From Raja brachyura (lineage: Eukaryota): 64,000 nt of DNA. The stretch spans positions 62,000,001 through 62,064,000 of the forward strand of contig OY740787.1 in NCBI GenBank assembly GCA_963514005.1. Direction: 5' to 3'. Below the pieces are notes generated by a model. The model had not been told where the DNA came from. It did not search any database and was given only the letters and a program-made list of their open reading frames with translations. The translations under genes and the position numbers were made by a program. Shown here piece by piece: positions 61,997 through 64,000 of this stretch. Numbering within the stretch: position 1 is the first letter of the stretch; every line of letters begins with the position of its first letter.

Positions 61997-63739
61997 TTCC
62001 GGTCACAGCAGCTGCAATTGCTGCTAATACTCAAAAGGACACAGTGCTAAAACAAGTATATGAACAAACTTTGTGTGGATGGTCAGAAATAAAACCATGT
62101 GCTAATGAACTGAAACCTTATAACAATAGACAACATGAACTGTCATGTGAGCAAGGGTGTATTAAATGGGGTCACAGAATAGTAGTACCCAATTCTTTAA
62201 GACAAAGATTACTTTCTCACAAAGATAGTGAACACATAGGTATTGTGGGAATGAAGTCTACAGCCAGAGGTTGCATGTATTGGCCAGGATTGGACAATGA
62301 CATAGAAGCAATAGCAAGCAAATGTAGCACCTGTCAGAGTTGTAGAGGTAGGCCTGCCCAAACCCCTTTGCAAGCATGGTCTTGCCTTGCTAGACCTTTT
62401 CAGAGGGTTCATGTGGATTTTTGTGAACACAGGAATAATAATTGTCTTGTTTTGGTAGATAGCCACTCAAAGTGAATTGAGGTGGTACATATGGGTACAG
62501 ACACAACAACAGAAAGAACAATAGATGCATTGCGGTCTATCTTGGCGTGTCATGGTTTACCTGAAGAGCTTGTCTCTTACAACAGCCCCGAATTTCGTGC
62601 TGCACTGTTCAAAACTTTCATGAAGCTAAATGGTATCATAGAAAATAGGTGCAGGAGGAGGCTATTTGGGCCTTTGAGCCAGCACCTCCATGGGTTTTAA
62701 TTATCTAAACATGCACACAAATTAGTTCACCCAATAAATTACCAGAGTAGAAAACAAATGGACTATTACTTGTCTCACAATTGATAACAAGATGGTGACC
62801 ACAGAAGATTGAAGCAATTTATAAGGACGCACACACGGCCTGGGGCTATTAGTATCACCCATAGGGATGTTCTCTGTACATTCTCTTGAGTGTACTTGCT
62901 GGTGCCTTCCTGTTGGTTGATCCTGCATTCCAATCTTCCTGGCTTAATTATTCTTAGAAAAGCGGTACAGATCTTAGGGCTGAATGGCCTTGACCCATTG
63001 TCCTGATTCATAATCGTGATATCAAGCATACCTTAGTGCCAACTTACCCTCCGGCATCTAACGACCCAGCTGAAAGGTCAGTCAGGATAGTCAAAGGAGC
63101 TCTCAAGAAACAAGTTCTTGAAGGGAATTCAAAATTCAGTATGTCACAGCGGCTAGCTAGTATCTTACTGAAATATCGTATCATGCCACAATCTACCACA
63201 GTGGATATGCCAGCTGAACTTCTCATGAAAAGAAAGTTCAGAACTAAACTGAGTTTGGTTCCACCTACCCCTATCTCTTAAGGTTGAACGCAAACAATCT
63301 GATCAGAAACGCCATTATGGTGGAAGTCAAAAAGAACGTAGGTTCAAAACAGATTCATGTTCTCAGCCCCCCTTACAAAGCAAACAAATGGGAGGTGGGA
63401 ACAGTAGTGGAAGTGTGTGGTACCAGGAGGTACTTGATAGAAATTGGAGGACGTGTTAGACGTGTGTACGTAAACCATATGATCCCAGCAAGGGATGAAC
63501 GGGTGCAAGAGCAAAGCATAGACGAAGAAGCAGATCTGTCAGACTTTGGTATTATTCCAAGTTCAGATGTAAAATCAGAATCTCCAAAGAAAGTCGAGAC
63601 AAAAGTAAATGATCCTGAACTTGACTGTCCTTTAGAACCACAGCCTGACATTCCTCCTAAACCACTCAGGAGATCAGAAAGAGTGCGTAAACCAGTCGTC
63701 AGATTAAATTTATAAAATTATTCTTGTTTGTCTAATTTA

Positions 63740-64000
63740 AGGGCCTGTCCCATAGGCTATTTCTTTGGGGTTTCAGGCGACTAAGCTGTCGCCACATGTT
63801 CACCGGGGTGTCGCCTGTATGGCCTTGAGTAGTCTCCTCAGTCGCCCAAAGAGTCGTAACGTCTTTCTGTTTGCCGCTGGATTTTCAACATGGTCAAAAA
63901 TTTTACCCAATGAGGGTAGCTTGACTTCTCCTAATGTAGTTGCTGTCGTAGGTTGTCGCCAGTTGACGTAGGCTGTCGCCGGTGCTGACTTAGGTGAATT
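63740..64000. mobile_element. PIF/Harbinger-type MITE, left part (runs off the window)
   Basis: TTA followed by the agggcctgtccca TIR, and internal tgtcgcc/gtcgta repeats. Confidence 0.75.

Larger units (their letters stand above)
55173..63720 (+). mobile_element. Decayed Gypsy LTR retrotransposon hosting at least four insertions
   Basis: Putative 5' LTR at 55173-55395 (TG...CA, AATAAA); gag with two CCHC-like knuckles (56066-56420); protease IDTAAD; RT FSKLDLSHAYAQL..LPYVLKSAPT; RNase H CDASS..EKEAL..TDHKP; integrase (62010-63715). The 3' LTR is not in the window. Confidence 0.88.

Overview
Eukaryotic (vertebrate) genomic DNA, almost certainly non-genic or intronic and dominated by transposable elements. 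The repeat mix (V-SINE/HE1-like tRNA SINEs, CR1, Rex1/Babar, Penelope-like fragments) suggests a cartilaginous fish such as a skate or ray; this is an inference. No host protein-coding exon could be supported. The window holds: two end-to-end DIRS1-type tyrosine-recombinase retrotransposons with ITR/ICR architecture (6904-11608, 39425-44075); a three-layer nest of Penelope, CR1 and two L1 copies (14370-22500); a third L1 near-identical to the first (44451-45378); a complete Gypsy LTR element with a tRNA-Trp PBS (48585-52935); a decayed Gypsy (55173-63720) that has captured an antisense Gypsy fragment with a tRNA-Leu PBS; two non-autonomous Helitrons; Harbinger-type MITEs; and a TIR element with a 7-bp TSD. 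Also present are many Penelope-derived repeats whose consensus reads as a minimal hammerhead ribozyme, a local inverted duplication, a 152-N gap preceded by a CCAAT/TATA promoter-like segment, and an RFX/E-box/AP-1 motif cluster. All alignments were done by eye, so boundaries without a TSD are approximate.
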